Below are positions 44,001-55,149 of a stretch of 64,000 nt of DNA, in pieces. Source of the DNA: Trypanosoma brucei (Eukaryota); NCBI GenBank assembly GCA_000002445.1, contig CM000208.1, forward strand, positions 1,056,001 to 1,120,000, given 5' to 3'. Positions within the stretch are counted from its first letter, which is position 1, and each line of letters opens with the position of its first letter. The notes under the pieces were generated by a model, which had not been told where the DNA came from, made no database searches, and saw only the letters and a program-made list of their open reading frames with translations. Made by a program: the position numbers and the translations under genes.

Positions 44001-47000
44001 AGCCACAGATAACGTAATGAAATTGATAATCACTGGCACAGATAAGAAATTCCCAAGGGGAAACAGTACCCTCCTAACCTGCAAACACTGACAAGTGCTC
44101 TTTGTGTCGCTCACCTACTCTTCAATATCAAGTTAACATCAATAAAATATGTAACATACGAAGCGTCGGGACCGAAAGTCAAATATATATATATATATAT
44201 TATCATTATTATAACAGTGTTAATTATGCCAGAAACACTGCATCCCTCGAAAATTTGCAACCGAGTAGCGGAGTTTTCAAGAACGAAAAATCTAATAACA
44301 GTTTCACACAAAAAAATCATAACAACGTATCATACAAAACAATCAAGAAATAAAAGAAAACAACATTCATTTCGTTAAAGTTTGCTTTGGTGATTAATAT
44401 ATTAACAATGGAGTAAATGAAACTGTACATCGAAATAAACCCCACCATTTATGGGTGAACGATAAGTCTACTCATCAAAACATAATAACCAATGCCTCAG
44501 GGTTGGGTAAGTACAATATATACTTTCACACCTCCTCACCGGGGACTGAATGAACTAAACGATCGTTACTCCATCCCACCTTCACGTAACAGCCAAACGG
44601 AAATTCATCGGCATAAGCTAAAGCTGTTATTGCTAACGTGGAGCCTGCAGATAGCAAATCAACCGCTAAAACCCCAAAAAGATCACCGTCAGATAAGGCC
44701 TAACACAAGACCATACCATGCCTGCGGAGCACGTGTTCGAAAGTAGATGACAGCTACATTTTCTAAACCACCTGATATCTACATACATGACATCGTCCAC
44801 ATTCACATGCACGAAAAATGATCAGCGACAACACGGTCCCAACAGCGCGGAACCAAAGGCCCAAAGATGTCTAACAGGAAAAAAGGTTTATTACGGTCAA
44901 AAGAAGCAAGACAATACTGGTGAAAAAATAGGGCGTGACATCAATCCTACAAACGTATAAATATCGAGGCGGCACCTTTAAGCAATAAAAGGGTGGCTTC
45001 GGTGAAAATACACATCATTGTTTCGCCGGACAAACATGCTAACTTAGCACGCACACGCGCTCATACACACATAGGCATGTCGGCCCAGTATAAACAAGCA
45101 GACATCGGTTGTTCCGGGTAAAATGTTTATAATCAAATATGAAAAAAAATAAACGAAACATGGAAAGGAGGGTCCTGAGATAAAATTCGTCTCAACAAAG
45201 ACCCATCCACCAAGCTCCCGAATGCACTATGTAACAGAGTTACTCTAGTTACCGGCACGCGTGCTTACACGAATGTTACGTCCATCCTTTTGAGTAGTTA
45301 CTCACAAAGAAGACGACACCTCCACAGCACCCAGCCGGGAAATAACGGGGTCAAGATAAATAGAGATGCTTAATTTTGAGCGGGCATGAGTATGATCACA
45401 AAAACAATCCGTTAGCGCATTTTCAAATAGCAAACGTCCGTAAGGGCGCAACGAAGCCGTTGGCAGCAGTCAACAGCACATATGCATTTATAAATCTCCG
45501 AAAATAGAGGAATTACATCAACTAGGCCCATTTTGACAGACACAGTGGACCACGCGCTTGGCCGCCAGCTAACAAACGAGCGATAGGCAGCATTCTTTTG
45601 ACTTCCCATTCTTCCACCAGGGCCTCTGGCGGCGCCCGCCCACATGAAAGTTGGATGCCACGGCAACTATATCCTACGAGGTTGAACTCCCCGCAATGCA
45701 GCGAGTCTTGTAGGAGCGAACCCCCAGTAAGGTCCACGGTTCGTAGAACAACTGCTCTCCCTATTCATTTGACATTCGTTCCACTCCGCCCACGTCAATG
45801 AACGACAAAAGGTAGCCTCTGACATTGCTCAAATGACAAGAACAATTCTTTAGTGTTTTTTTTCTGAGAACATACACCACGCTAAATTTTTCTTTTTAAG
45901 TGCTTCATACACGAACTTGCCACTTTTGGCGAAATAGTACAACGGAGCCTCAACGATGGTTCCACAAATTTTTTTAAAAAATGGGCAAAAAAAAAATGTC
46001 AACAAGATGACGGCCAAATACACGAAAATGAGTGAGCCGCTTCCACGGGCACAGACAAACAAGCTGCCAGAAAGGAACAGAAGTCAGCCGCCCAGCCGAA
46101 CCTCCTCCACATCACCCAGACACTTTTTTGAGGCGGCTGCACTGCACGACCTAGAGTCCGCCCTGGTCTACAGTCGAAAGATGTACGGGGCAGCGCCAAA
46201 CCCTTGCCAACATTAATGACTACTGAAATGCGGGGAAACCTTCCGGCCGGTACGAGAGCGTGTCCCCAGGAGATTATTCATAGGGACAAAGTGGACTTCT
46301 GCCTTTTTCAGGGAGACACGCACGAGGGTCAGAGGAAGCACCCTGTCAAACGACCATGGTCACCGGTTCATTGGTTCTGAGTGCCCCAAAACGAACAATT
46401 GCGACGGGTCAGTGCCCGTTTGGGATGGAGTCGCCGCGCAGTTGAGATAGCTGAGACGGGTCAGGCTTTGGACGGCATGGTCGCTACGCAGTGCTCCCAA
46501 ACAATCAGCAGCCAGTTGTGACATCTGTCTCCTTCCCCCAAGGTCCCGGAAATTCGTAGGGAAAGTTCAGGGTGACTTTTCGAGAACCAAGACACGGAAA
46601 TAATCACAGCAGCGGCAAAACTTCACCACGCTGCCAGAGATTCCCCCGTTCCGGGACATGCAGACAGCAAGCCGATAGCAGATTGATGACTAGAACAGGG
46701 CTTTGCGGTTGGCGGCAACGGGCCCCGAACCGGACTGAAATAAGTATAAGTCTGCGCCTTTCCCATGGAATTTATCCCCTTTTTTTTCCACTGCGAGACG
46801 ACGGCGAGCCAAAATCGGGTGAACCCTGGACCGCGCTAACAACCAGATCATATTCTGTTTAACGGTCAGGGGCGCTGCTAAAGAAAAGGATTGTGTATTA
46901 TGAACGCCAAATGACCCCGTCCCCGCGGGTGTAGTGAAGGAGAAAAGCGAAATGGCAAATGCCCCTGAGCAAAGTGCGGTTGAGGCAAAGAAAAAGGGCT

Positions 47001-48474
47001 TTAAAGGGCAGCGAAGAATTGAAACAGACACTTCGATATCACTGCGTTTGCTATTCTCGTAGCGCTGGGAAAATCAATTCCAAAAGAGAGCTGTTGCGGC
47101 ACGGCCTGAACACCAAACCTCACTTCCGTCGGAGGGAGAATAGGGCAGTGTGCAAAATCGGAGATGCGACGCCCGTCGCGTGGAGGAGGGCCTTAGCTTA
47201 AACAGATGAATAAGGATAAAGAGATGGAGGCTTCCACAATATTCGGATGAGGGAAGAGCAGTTGGGTGCTGAATCAGATCCCCGGGAGACCCCCGCCGGC
47301 TGCAGGCGCTAAGATTACCCGCGGTAACACGCTGAAAAAGCGGCTACGGGAACGAGTGTTGGTGAATATACATGAGAACCTTTTCAGGAAGATACCAGCA
47401 ACTCTGCGAATCTTAATCCCCAGTACCACGAGTTATCAACTTCGGTGGTGCGCGACCGCTATGCGGGAGAACGGTGGGGTGCTTCACAGGTGCGTCGGGA
47501 CAAAAGGACACGGAGCTTGCTCTGTGACAGAGGCAACGGAGACGACCCCGGAACGATACGGTGTTCTCCCGCGGTTTCCACCCCTTTTCTTTCATATTAA
47601 AACTCCTGTGGCGGAAACCCCTGCGGGACCGAGGTCACAAAAGTCGCTGCCTTTTTTACTGGGAACAAAACACAAGGAAACGGTTAGTGGCGTAAAGTTT
47701 CGGTCCACGGAGTCGGAAATGTCCGGAAAAAAACGCACGCATAGGAGTCCAACCGTTGTGTGAGGAAGGTTCTGATTTGGGTGAAGTATCCACGGAATGC
47801 AAGAGCGAACCCTCCACGCTCATTGCTGGTTGTGGTGTTCTGCGGCGACATGCTGTCCAGCGCGTAATCCAGGCGAAAGACTTGCGAGTGTGAATACGAT
47901 GGCACCGCACAACGATTTTTCTCAACTTCATCTTCGTGAATTCGGTTGTGCTCTAAAGGAAATATCACATATTGCACTCTAGAGTATCGGAAGGGCCGCA
48001 GCGCGTCACGACCCAACGGGTGTGCTTAGTATCAGGGGGCGAACTAAGTGCAGCTGAGCCGTGCCTTGAAAAGTTAGTTCCCATACCTGGTTTAAAAACA
48101 GGAGTGTAAACATCCGCAGCGCGTTGTTTCGCTGTAGAGTATCGTGTGGGAGGTAGTTTAGCGACTTTGATTTGCCCCTTTTAAAAAACATTACGTTTAA
48201 TATTTTCAAATCTACTTTTGAATACCGAATTGTTGTTTTTCATCACTCACCTAATGTGGCATGGGAGTAATTCACATGATGTGACCCTACAAGGCGATCA
48301 AGATCTTTACAATAATAGCAATAATAATAATAGATTGTATGTGCCGTTATACTGTCATCCCTATCTCATTATCAACCGGTCTTGTGTTGATGTATGGTAC
48401 AACGAACCTCGGAAGTTTCCCTATAGTTTAACTACCACTTGCGATTGATATCCTCATCTTATTCTGCTTTAGTC
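44001..48474. other. divergent strand-switch region between the minus polycistron (ends with the phosphatase gene) and the plus polycistron (starts at 48475); probable RNA pol II transcription start zone
   Basis: Coding strand flips here. No ORF >170 aa on either strand over about 4.4 kb. Confidence 0.6.
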
Positions 48475-51069
48475 ATGTCATCCAAGCAGGAGAGAATAGC
48501 CGATGCTATGAAGGAGCGCGTCACCCAACTAGAAAGGGAATTGAGGGAATGCCAGCAGCAGCTACAGGAGGCGTTGCAAAGAGGTGATGATATACAGTGC
48601 GCCAAGGAAGCGTTACAGTGCGAAGCCCATGATATTGTGGATCAGTGGTCTAGAAAAACAGCAGAGTTGCAGACAAAACTCAACGAATGCTTATGTGAAC
48701 TAAGTGAAGCTCGTCGTTTAATTGCACTTTCTGAGGATAGGAACACTGGACTGCAAAATCAGCTTCAACAGTTGGAGGCACACCATTTATCTCAGTTTCA
48801 AGAGTTAGAGAAATATGAAACACAAAACAAGGAACTTTCGGAGAAACTGGCTGCGACGGAAAGAAGTTTGTGTTTTGCCTCTCAGCAAGTAGGTGCCATG
48901 GAGGGGCGCGTCAACGAAATGGTTGCAGAAATCGAGCAGAAGAGTGAACAAATCACGTCACTTTCCCGAAAGGAGGACATGCTCGCGGAGGCGTTGTTGG
49001 AGCTTCAAAAAAGCAGGAAACAAGCAGAGACTATATATAATGAGGGAAGGGAAAGAGTTTCCCTGCTTGACGATGAGCTTTCACGTGCGAAACGACTATT
49101 GGCGCGCACGAGAGATGCATTGCTTCTCACAGAGCAGGAGGTATTTTGCCGGTGTAAAATTATCGCTGATGAAGCAAACACTATGGTTGGGGCTCTATTT
49201 AATCAACTGCTTTCTGCGATTCACAGTAACGAGTCATATGGGGAAGCCCTGAAAGAAGCTCAACATAATAGTGCCTCTCTGGCAGAAGAAAATGGGCTGC
49301 TTCTGCTGAAACTACAGGAAGCGGAACAGGATCTGTCCAAGCTGCGCGTCGAGCAAGGGCAAGAAACTGCAACGTGCCGAGAGCAAATACGGCTACTCGA
49401 ACTAGACGTGAGGGAACTTCAGGACGCACGAATAAACTGGTCTCGTGAACTAGAAGCCGTGCAAAATGAACTAGGTAGATCCGAGACCAATCGCCACACT
49501 CTTGAGGAGTCGAAAATGAGCCTCAACGCGGAGCTAAAGATTGTTAAGGATTGTTATAGCACCCTGCTCGTGGAGCACGATGAACTAAAGATATCAGTTC
49601 AGATAATGCGACGGGAGTCAGAAGCAGAGATTTCGCGGCTAGTGACAGAGAAGGCCAGCGCTATGAATAGTTACGAAATGAAATTGCAAGAGGTATGTAT
49701 GAGAAACACAACCCTGAACCAAATTTTGAAATTCAAAGAGCATGAGATGTTGTGTCACAGAGAATCTAACGGACGTCAGTCCATTTTGGTCGAGAACTAT
49801 CATGAGTTGGTGGGCCTGACGCAACTTTATATTAGTAAATGTGAATTCATTCACAGCAGAATGTATAATCAGGTTTTGGACAGCAGGGAAAAAATAGCAT
49901 CTTTAACTCAAACTATAAGCGAGAAACAACTGGAAAACAGCAAGCTCGTTTCAATTGCTAGGGACTTGGAGGAGAAGGTTACTTCAGCTCAAAACGACGC
50001 TAAGATGTTTCGATCGAAGGTAGTAGAACTATCTACTGCTCTCAACTCGAACAGAGAGGAAGCTGATAATCTCGTCAGTGAAAATAAGTGGCTTAGTGAT
50101 CAAGTTTTCGGCATGCGTGAAGAACTACGTGACATTGATGTCTTATTCAACTGCACACTCAATGACATGCGAGAGCAAGGTGAAAATCAGCAAAGAGAAC
50201 GTGAAATGTTATCTGAAGAGGTTAATCGTTACGAAAAGCTTTTGCAAAAATCCCAGCAGAAAATAAGTAGATGCGAGGAACGATGTTCTGTTTTTGCTGC
50301 CGAAAAGGCCGCAATGTTGAAAACTTTGACGCTGGCAGAAGAGGAGCTTCTCACAGCAAAGTCAGAGTGTTCTCGTGCTCGCGAGCGCGAACAATTTTCT
50401 TTGAAAGAGAAGGGTATTCTTGAAAAGGAACTTTCGCAAATGAGAAGGGATTATGTTAGTTCAACAAATCAGGTCAAAGCGCTAATGGAAGAGTTGAGAA
50501 CCCATGATGTTAAACAACAATTAATGAACTCGTCATCTCGCACAGAAGTGGAAGCAACGAAAACGAAACTGAATACATACATAGAATTGTATGAGAACGC
50601 TAACGTCCAAGTTGCGCAACTCACAAAATCTCTGCAGGAATCTCGAGATGCTTATGACAACTTACATGAGTCACACCAAAAAGCGAAGGTTGCGTTGGAG
50701 GATGCCAAGCAACGTTGTTGCCATGACGCGCAAGAAATACAAAAGGCATTGGAAGAACGCCAGCGCATAGCAAGTGAACGAGACACATTGGTGGAAAAGT
50801 ACAACAAGGTTCATGATGTGCTCAAGTTAATAAAAAAAGAGAACTCTGGGACTATGGCTGAAGAAGTACGAAAACTATCCGATCTTTGTTCTCAGCAAGA
50901 AGCTGAACTACAAGAACTGCGTCACCAAAATGTGATACTAAAGCGTGGCATCGTGAAAGTGGCGGATGAAACTCACAATCCCGTAGAAAGGGGAAAGTTT
51001 GTAGAACGCCTCAACCTCGCCGAGGGTCCACTTCGTCGACCGAAGAAGCGTCCTGCAACAGATTCTTGA
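48475..51069 (+). CDS. coiled-coil protein (864 aa), hypothetical
   Basis: The track ORF starts at a TTG at 48439, and the first ATG (MSSKQERIADAMKERV) is at 48475, directly after a polypyrimidine tract and an AG. E/L/Q/K-rich heptads throughout. Confidence 0.65.
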   Translation: MSSKQERIADAMKERVTQLERELRECQQQLQEALQRGDDIQCAKEALQCEAHDIVDQWSRKTAELQTKLNECLCELSEARRLIALSEDRNTGLQNQLQQLEAHHLSQFQELEKYETQNKELSEKLAATERSLCFASQQVGAMEGRVNEMVAEIEQKSEQITSLSRKEDMLAEALLELQKSRKQAETIYNEGRERVSLLDDELSRAKRLLARTRDALLLTEQEVFCRCKIIADEANTMVGALFNQLLSAIHSNESYGEALKEAQHNSASLAEENGLLLLKLQEAEQDLSKLRVEQGQETATCREQIRLLELDVRELQDARINWSRELEAVQNELGRSETNRHTLEESKMSLNAELKIVKDCYSTLLVEHDELKISVQIMRRESEAEISRLVTEKASAMNSYEMKLQEVCMRNTTLNQILKFKEHEMLCHRESNGRQSILVENYHELVGLTQLYISKCEFIHSRMYNQVLDSREKIASLTQTISEKQLENSKLVSIARDLEEKVTSAQNDAKMFRSKVVELSTALNSNREEADNLVSENKWLSDQVFGMREELRDIDVLFNCTLNDMREQGENQQREREMLSEEVNRYEKLLQKSQQKISRCEERCSVFAAEKAAMLKTLTLAEEELLTAKSECSRAREREQFSLKEKGILEKELSQMRRDYVSSTNQVKALMEELRTHDVKQQLMNSSSRTEVEATKTKLNTYIELYENANVQVAQLTKSLQESRDAYDNLHESHQKAKVALEDAKQRCCHDAQEIQKALEERQRIASERDTLVEKYNKVHDVLKLIKKENSGTMAEEVRKLSDLCSQQEAELQELRHQNVILKRGIVKVADETHNPVERGKFVERLNLAEGPLRRPKKRPATDS

Positions 51070-51427
51070 GTAGAAGTTGTATAAACTTTTTACTAGATAC
51101 TACTGTACAAACATTGGCGGGAAATGCCTTAGATTCATTTTTTTTTAAAAAAAAGAAAAGGTAAGGTAACTCGACGATGTGCTTCTCTTCTGTTTGTGCG
51201 TCCACATTAGATTGGGGCGTTTCTTTCTATGCGTCCCCGTGCATTTATATACGTGTGTCCCTGTGATGTAAACTACTTCTCCTGTCTTTGCTTGAATTTA
51301 GCAAAGATACTTCGGTTTTCCTTGCACAAGTTACCGGCGACTACAAGGGTCAACGCGCATATCCGAGCACGGTGCGCCCCCAAGGGGCTCTTACGGTTAT
51401 CACCGTCCTATTTTTGATTTTGGTGGT

Positions 51428-52411
51428 ATGGAAAGCAGATGCCTGAGTAGCGCTACGTACACCCAAAAATGTGTCGAGTTGGACCGCCTGATTCGCAACC
51501 ATCTTATACAATGTCACATAGTCATCAAAGCATTGAAAACCCGACTTCATGATGCGGAGGAAGATGTAAAAAGGCTTAAGCACGATCGTTGCCTACTAAT
51601 GACCAAACTGACGGAAGAAAAATCAAAGTGCGAAACTCTAAAGTCAGTACATGCCGACCTGGAAAAAGTCAGTGCAAACGAATTCCATCGCCAACAGAAG
51701 GCTATCCAGGAGAGGGAAAGGGAGCTTCAAGTGCGTACCAAACACTTAGACGTTAGGGCAAAAGAGTGTGAGCGGTGGGCGCATCACTTAAAAGGAATGG
51801 AGGACAAGCTTTTTGCGCAGCAGATTCGGCTCGAGTCGATTAAAGCTTCGCTTGAAGGTGACATGGAATTGGTACATAGGTGGGTAGAGGGAGGTTACGG
51901 TCGTACCGAAAACTTAGGGAGGGAGTCGAGACACTTTCTTGAAAGATCCAACTCTCAGGCCTTGTGTACCAGGCATTGTAGGTGTGATGCCGAAGCTGCC
52001 TTCTGCAACGAACGAGAGTGTTTTTACCTTGAGAAGGAAGAAACCCTGCAGCGGCTGTCTATCATGCAGCAGGAGTTATTTTTTGTAAATAAGATTATTT
52101 CTTCGCGAGTTTCGCACGTGCTGCTTGTCGAAGAGAATTTGATGGGAGTTCAAACATGGATCAACAGAAAGGACTTTCGAGACTCTGTGCCTATTAGAAC
52201 TAAAGGTGAAGGACCCGTTTACTCCAAACTCACGGAAGGACAGCTAACAAACTCAAAAGGGTGGATGACAGGGGGGCAGTATGTGGAGTACCCCAATGCG
52301 TCAGAAAGCGTCAATTCTTTAGAGGTCGGTTTGTCGTTGAAAGCAGAAGAGTCTCATTTAGATAGATTGAAACAGTTTGAAAAACTTCTGACCATGTCCC
52401 TAGAAGAGTAA
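51428..52411 (+). CDS. coiled-coil protein (327 aa), hypothetical
   Basis: ATG start. The N-terminal half is coiled-coil-like (LKTRLHDAEEDVKRLKHDR...). Confidence 0.55.
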   Translation: MESRCLSSATYTQKCVELDRLIRNHLIQCHIVIKALKTRLHDAEEDVKRLKHDRCLLMTKLTEEKSKCETLKSVHADLEKVSANEFHRQQKAIQERERELQVRTKHLDVRAKECERWAHHLKGMEDKLFAQQIRLESIKASLEGDMELVHRWVEGGYGRTENLGRESRHFLERSNSQALCTRHCRCDAEAAFCNERECFYLEKEETLQRLSIMQQELFFVNKIISSRVSHVLLVEENLMGVQTWINRKDFRDSVPIRTKGEGPVYSKLTEGQLTNSKGWMTGGQYVEYPNASESVNSLEVGLSLKAEESHLDRLKQFEKLLTMSLEE

Positions 52412-52863
52412 TTTGTAGATATCCGTACTGTTCAAGTGATAAGTCACAGATGCAGCATTATGTTTCACACTTTTTTGCGAGTTGTTTATTTTAGCCCTCT
52501 TTTCACATACAGCGGTCCACCTTCCCCCTGCGTGCCCACGGGAAGAACACTTTACCGTCGTTACCAATGGCTGCGCTGCCATTTATTCTGGACACGCACA
52601 CATAGTTCTATTGATTACAAAATGCTTCCCCTCGTTTTAATTGTTGCGACACTCTGATTTTTTTGTCCGAATTCCTGGTGGGTTCGTCACCAGGAATTCA
52701 GTAAAAGAGACGTTTAAAAGATTTGTTGTCGGGTGCGTCTGTAATAGTACTCTCAATCACCTGATTGCTGGGTTGCAAGTGCCTAACCAAACGCGCTCTT
52801 CGTTTGTGTTTTGATCATCTCCTCTCTTTAATAATTGTGCAGCGCGCTACAGTAGCATTCACG

Positions 52864-53793
52864 ATGTCGTACCGGCGAAAGGTCTCTTCGATTATACAGC
52901 TGAGTACCCTCCGGCAGCTGCAGCTCATGTGCAATGCCGAGGCCATGTCGTTACCTTTTCAAGTTCATAATGCTCAAGCGCTACTTGAGCAACTGAAGGT
53001 TTATCATCCGGCAAAGTATGAACAGTTCTCGAAGAATCCTACTACACAGGAATTTGTTCCAAGTAGGGTTATTTCCAATGCTGATGGCGGTAGCGTTACC
53101 AAAGGGGCACCGATTTTTACCCTGCCTTTGCCGAAGCACTTTATAAACCCTACCGATAGCGCAGAAGACATTATTCCACGCACCTTTTATCACTCATCAG
53201 TGGCGAGAGTAGTTGCCGACCCTGACGCGGAATGTTACCTACCCCGCTGTGGTTTGACAGGTCTATTTTTTTCTAGAGAGGAAGTCGTGGATAATCTTCA
53301 AGCCGCTGCTGCGGAGCTGCACTTTAGATCACCCTTCTGGATTCGAACTGACCACCCAGCACTCGGTGATTTTCTCACACTCAAGGATGACAGTGAGGCG
53401 ATCTGCATAAGTCTGACGGCAGCTGTGATCAGTATAGAAGACGTGGAACCCTTTCCCGTTGACCTGTTGCACCCTAAGCTCAAACAAGCCTTGGCTCTGG
53501 GTAAGCATGCTTTTTCCGAACAGATACCTCCTGGCATGAACGCGCTATCGGGGTTTGTTACTAAAAATCCATTTGTACAAAGCTTACCTAACGGTGGTGT
53601 GTGGTTGTCACATAAACAAGTGCTACAACAGAGCTTTCAAATTAAGAAGAAATCATCCGCCGGTGAGAGCCCCTTCGTTTTAGCAGAGATAGAGCAATGG
53701 GAGCTTCACAATGCTGACCAGCTCTCCGTTCCAGGGAGATTGGCTCTTAATCACAACGCCAACAATTCGAAACGTACTTCAGTGTTTACGTAG
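52864..53793 (+). CDS. hypothetical protein (309 aa)
   Basis: The track ORF starts at a TTG at 52765, and the first ATG (MSYRRKVSS) is at 52864. Orientation is consistent with its neighbours. Confidence 0.5.
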   Translation: MSYRRKVSSIIQLSTLRQLQLMCNAEAMSLPFQVHNAQALLEQLKVYHPAKYEQFSKNPTTQEFVPSRVISNADGGSVTKGAPIFTLPLPKHFINPTDSAEDIIPRTFYHSSVARVVADPDAECYLPRCGLTGLFFSREEVVDNLQAAAAELHFRSPFWIRTDHPALGDFLTLKDDSEAICISLTAAVISIEDVEPFPVDLLHPKLKQALALGKHAFSEQIPPGMNALSGFVTKNPFVQSLPNGGVWLSHKQVLQQSFQIKKKSSAGESPFVLAEIEQWELHNADQLSVPGRLALNHNANNSKRTSVFT

Positions 53794-54069
53794 TTTCAGC
53801 ACGTTTATGCATCTCCTTGTGCTTGCGCACAGACAGCCAACCATCAGAAACCATAGAGTGCCGCATAGTGGCGGCAGCGACGATGTTATGCGTGGAGTGT
53901 CCGGCTCCAACACGTTTTGTTGGTGCCGCGGGGATTTCCATGTAGTGGAAGTGAACAGCGCAGCGTATTTTCTGATTACTCTTCCCTCCGTCTATTTGAT
54001 TTTCCAACAAACAATCGCCCCTTCCCATGTTTGACAAGCAGTGACATTAGGTCTTAAACATTTGCTGTA

Positions 54070-54933
54070 ATGGACAGCTGTATCGTTGACGGCGCCTTGG
54101 GGTACATGGCCAGTGTTACAACCACAATTATTCTCTTCCCGTACCGTGATTATGTCAAAGCGTTTGACGCCAGGGCAGTACGGCGTGTTGACCCCGGTTC
54201 GTTTTGCGCAGCTCGGTATAGGGGAATGTTGTTCCAACCCTCACAACCACTGCTAATTGCGTTGCCGAGTGGCCTCCTGTACACAGGGTTCTTGCTTGGA
54301 AACGGATCTGTGTCGGGGGCGTTTTGTGGTGGAGCACTTCATGGATTAGGGAAAGTGGGGGTTCGCACCCTCGCCTACCGGTGGAATCTGTCGCATAGGC
54401 CCAAAGAAGTATCCTATAAGTCGGTTCTAAAGTGCTTGCAACAGAGTGTGAAGCACTATGGGGTGTTGTCCTTTTTTTCAGGTGCCTCTGCGACCATCGT
54501 CATATCAACTGCTTGGCATAGTACGACCTTAGTTGCGTTGCAGCGCTGCGGAGAGAGAGGTTTTTTTGAGTCTTGGTGGGATGCTTTTCGCACACACTCC
54601 TTCCTAACATTTGTTACCTCACCGTTGCGTAACACATTTAGATCGGCGTTGTTCAGCCGGGAGCGATCCAGTGGCATTCATAACGCGTCAACCTTCTTGG
54701 CTGGAGAGGCAGCCATCCTCAAGGAAGCCAAGGGTGTATTCAGTAACATGCTCCGGACTGAGGGTGTCCGTTTTTTTGTAGGCGGGGTGCTGCGCTCAAC
54801 GTTTAAGACGTCCCTTCCATTTGGTCTCACGTTCGCTACGTTTTCATTAATTGGTGGCTCCTTACCTCGTGGTGGGGAGGGCCGCGGAAATGATCACCGA
54901 CGCCACCATGTGCCACATCGTCGATTTATCTGA
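54070..54933 (+). CDS. divergent mitochondrial carrier family (SLC25)-like protein
   Basis: 287 aa, about the size of a 3-repeat carrier. YRGMLFQPSQPLLIALPSGLLYTGF and KGVFSNMLRTEGVRFFVGGVLRSTFKTSLPFGLTFATFSLI are carrier-like. The canonical PxD/ExxK/R signatures are weak. Confidence 0.35.
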   Translation: MDSCIVDGALGYMASVTTTIILFPYRDYVKAFDARAVRRVDPGSFCAARYRGMLFQPSQPLLIALPSGLLYTGFLLGNGSVSGAFCGGALHGLGKVGVRTLAYRWNLSHRPKEVSYKSVLKCLQQSVKHYGVLSFFSGASATIVISTAWHSTTLVALQRCGERGFFESWWDAFRTHSFLTFVTSPLRNTFRSALFSRERSSGIHNASTFLAGEAAILKEAKGVFSNMLRTEGVRFFVGGVLRSTFKTSLPFGLTFATFSLIGGSLPRGGEGRGNDHRRHHVPHRRFI

Positions 54934-54989
54934 GTTGGTTGTACAAGTGGTGTTTTTATTTCTCCCCGGGCACGGGCCTTTTTTTTTTT

Positions 54990-55140
54990 TTTGCGCATTG
55001 GATCTTTACTATTAATTCAACGACTCTTCATTCCTCTAGTCCCTTCCCTGTGGTGGGGCTACTCGGGCTACTTCCTGTGTGATTTCCGTTTGCCATAGTT
55101 TCGTTCCCTCTTTGATTTCTTTTATGTAGTTTTTAGGCAT
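54990..55140 (+). promoter_or_regulatory. polypyrimidine tract + AG: probable trans-splice acceptor / upstream polyadenylation signal region
   Basis: cctttttttttttttgcg...cttcattcctctagtcccttccctg...ttcgttccctctttgatttcttttatgtag lies upstream of the ATG at 55159. Confidence 0.4.
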
Positions 55141-55149
55141 TAATATTGA

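Noticed and set aside
44115-48438. tRNA / snRNA genes in the strand-switch region
   Set aside because: I searched both strands by eye for T-loop (GGTTCGAATCC-like) and its reverse complement and for A/B-box-like pairs. None was found. Short ORFs here (e.g. 47266..47763, 47684..48016) translate to random-looking peptides.
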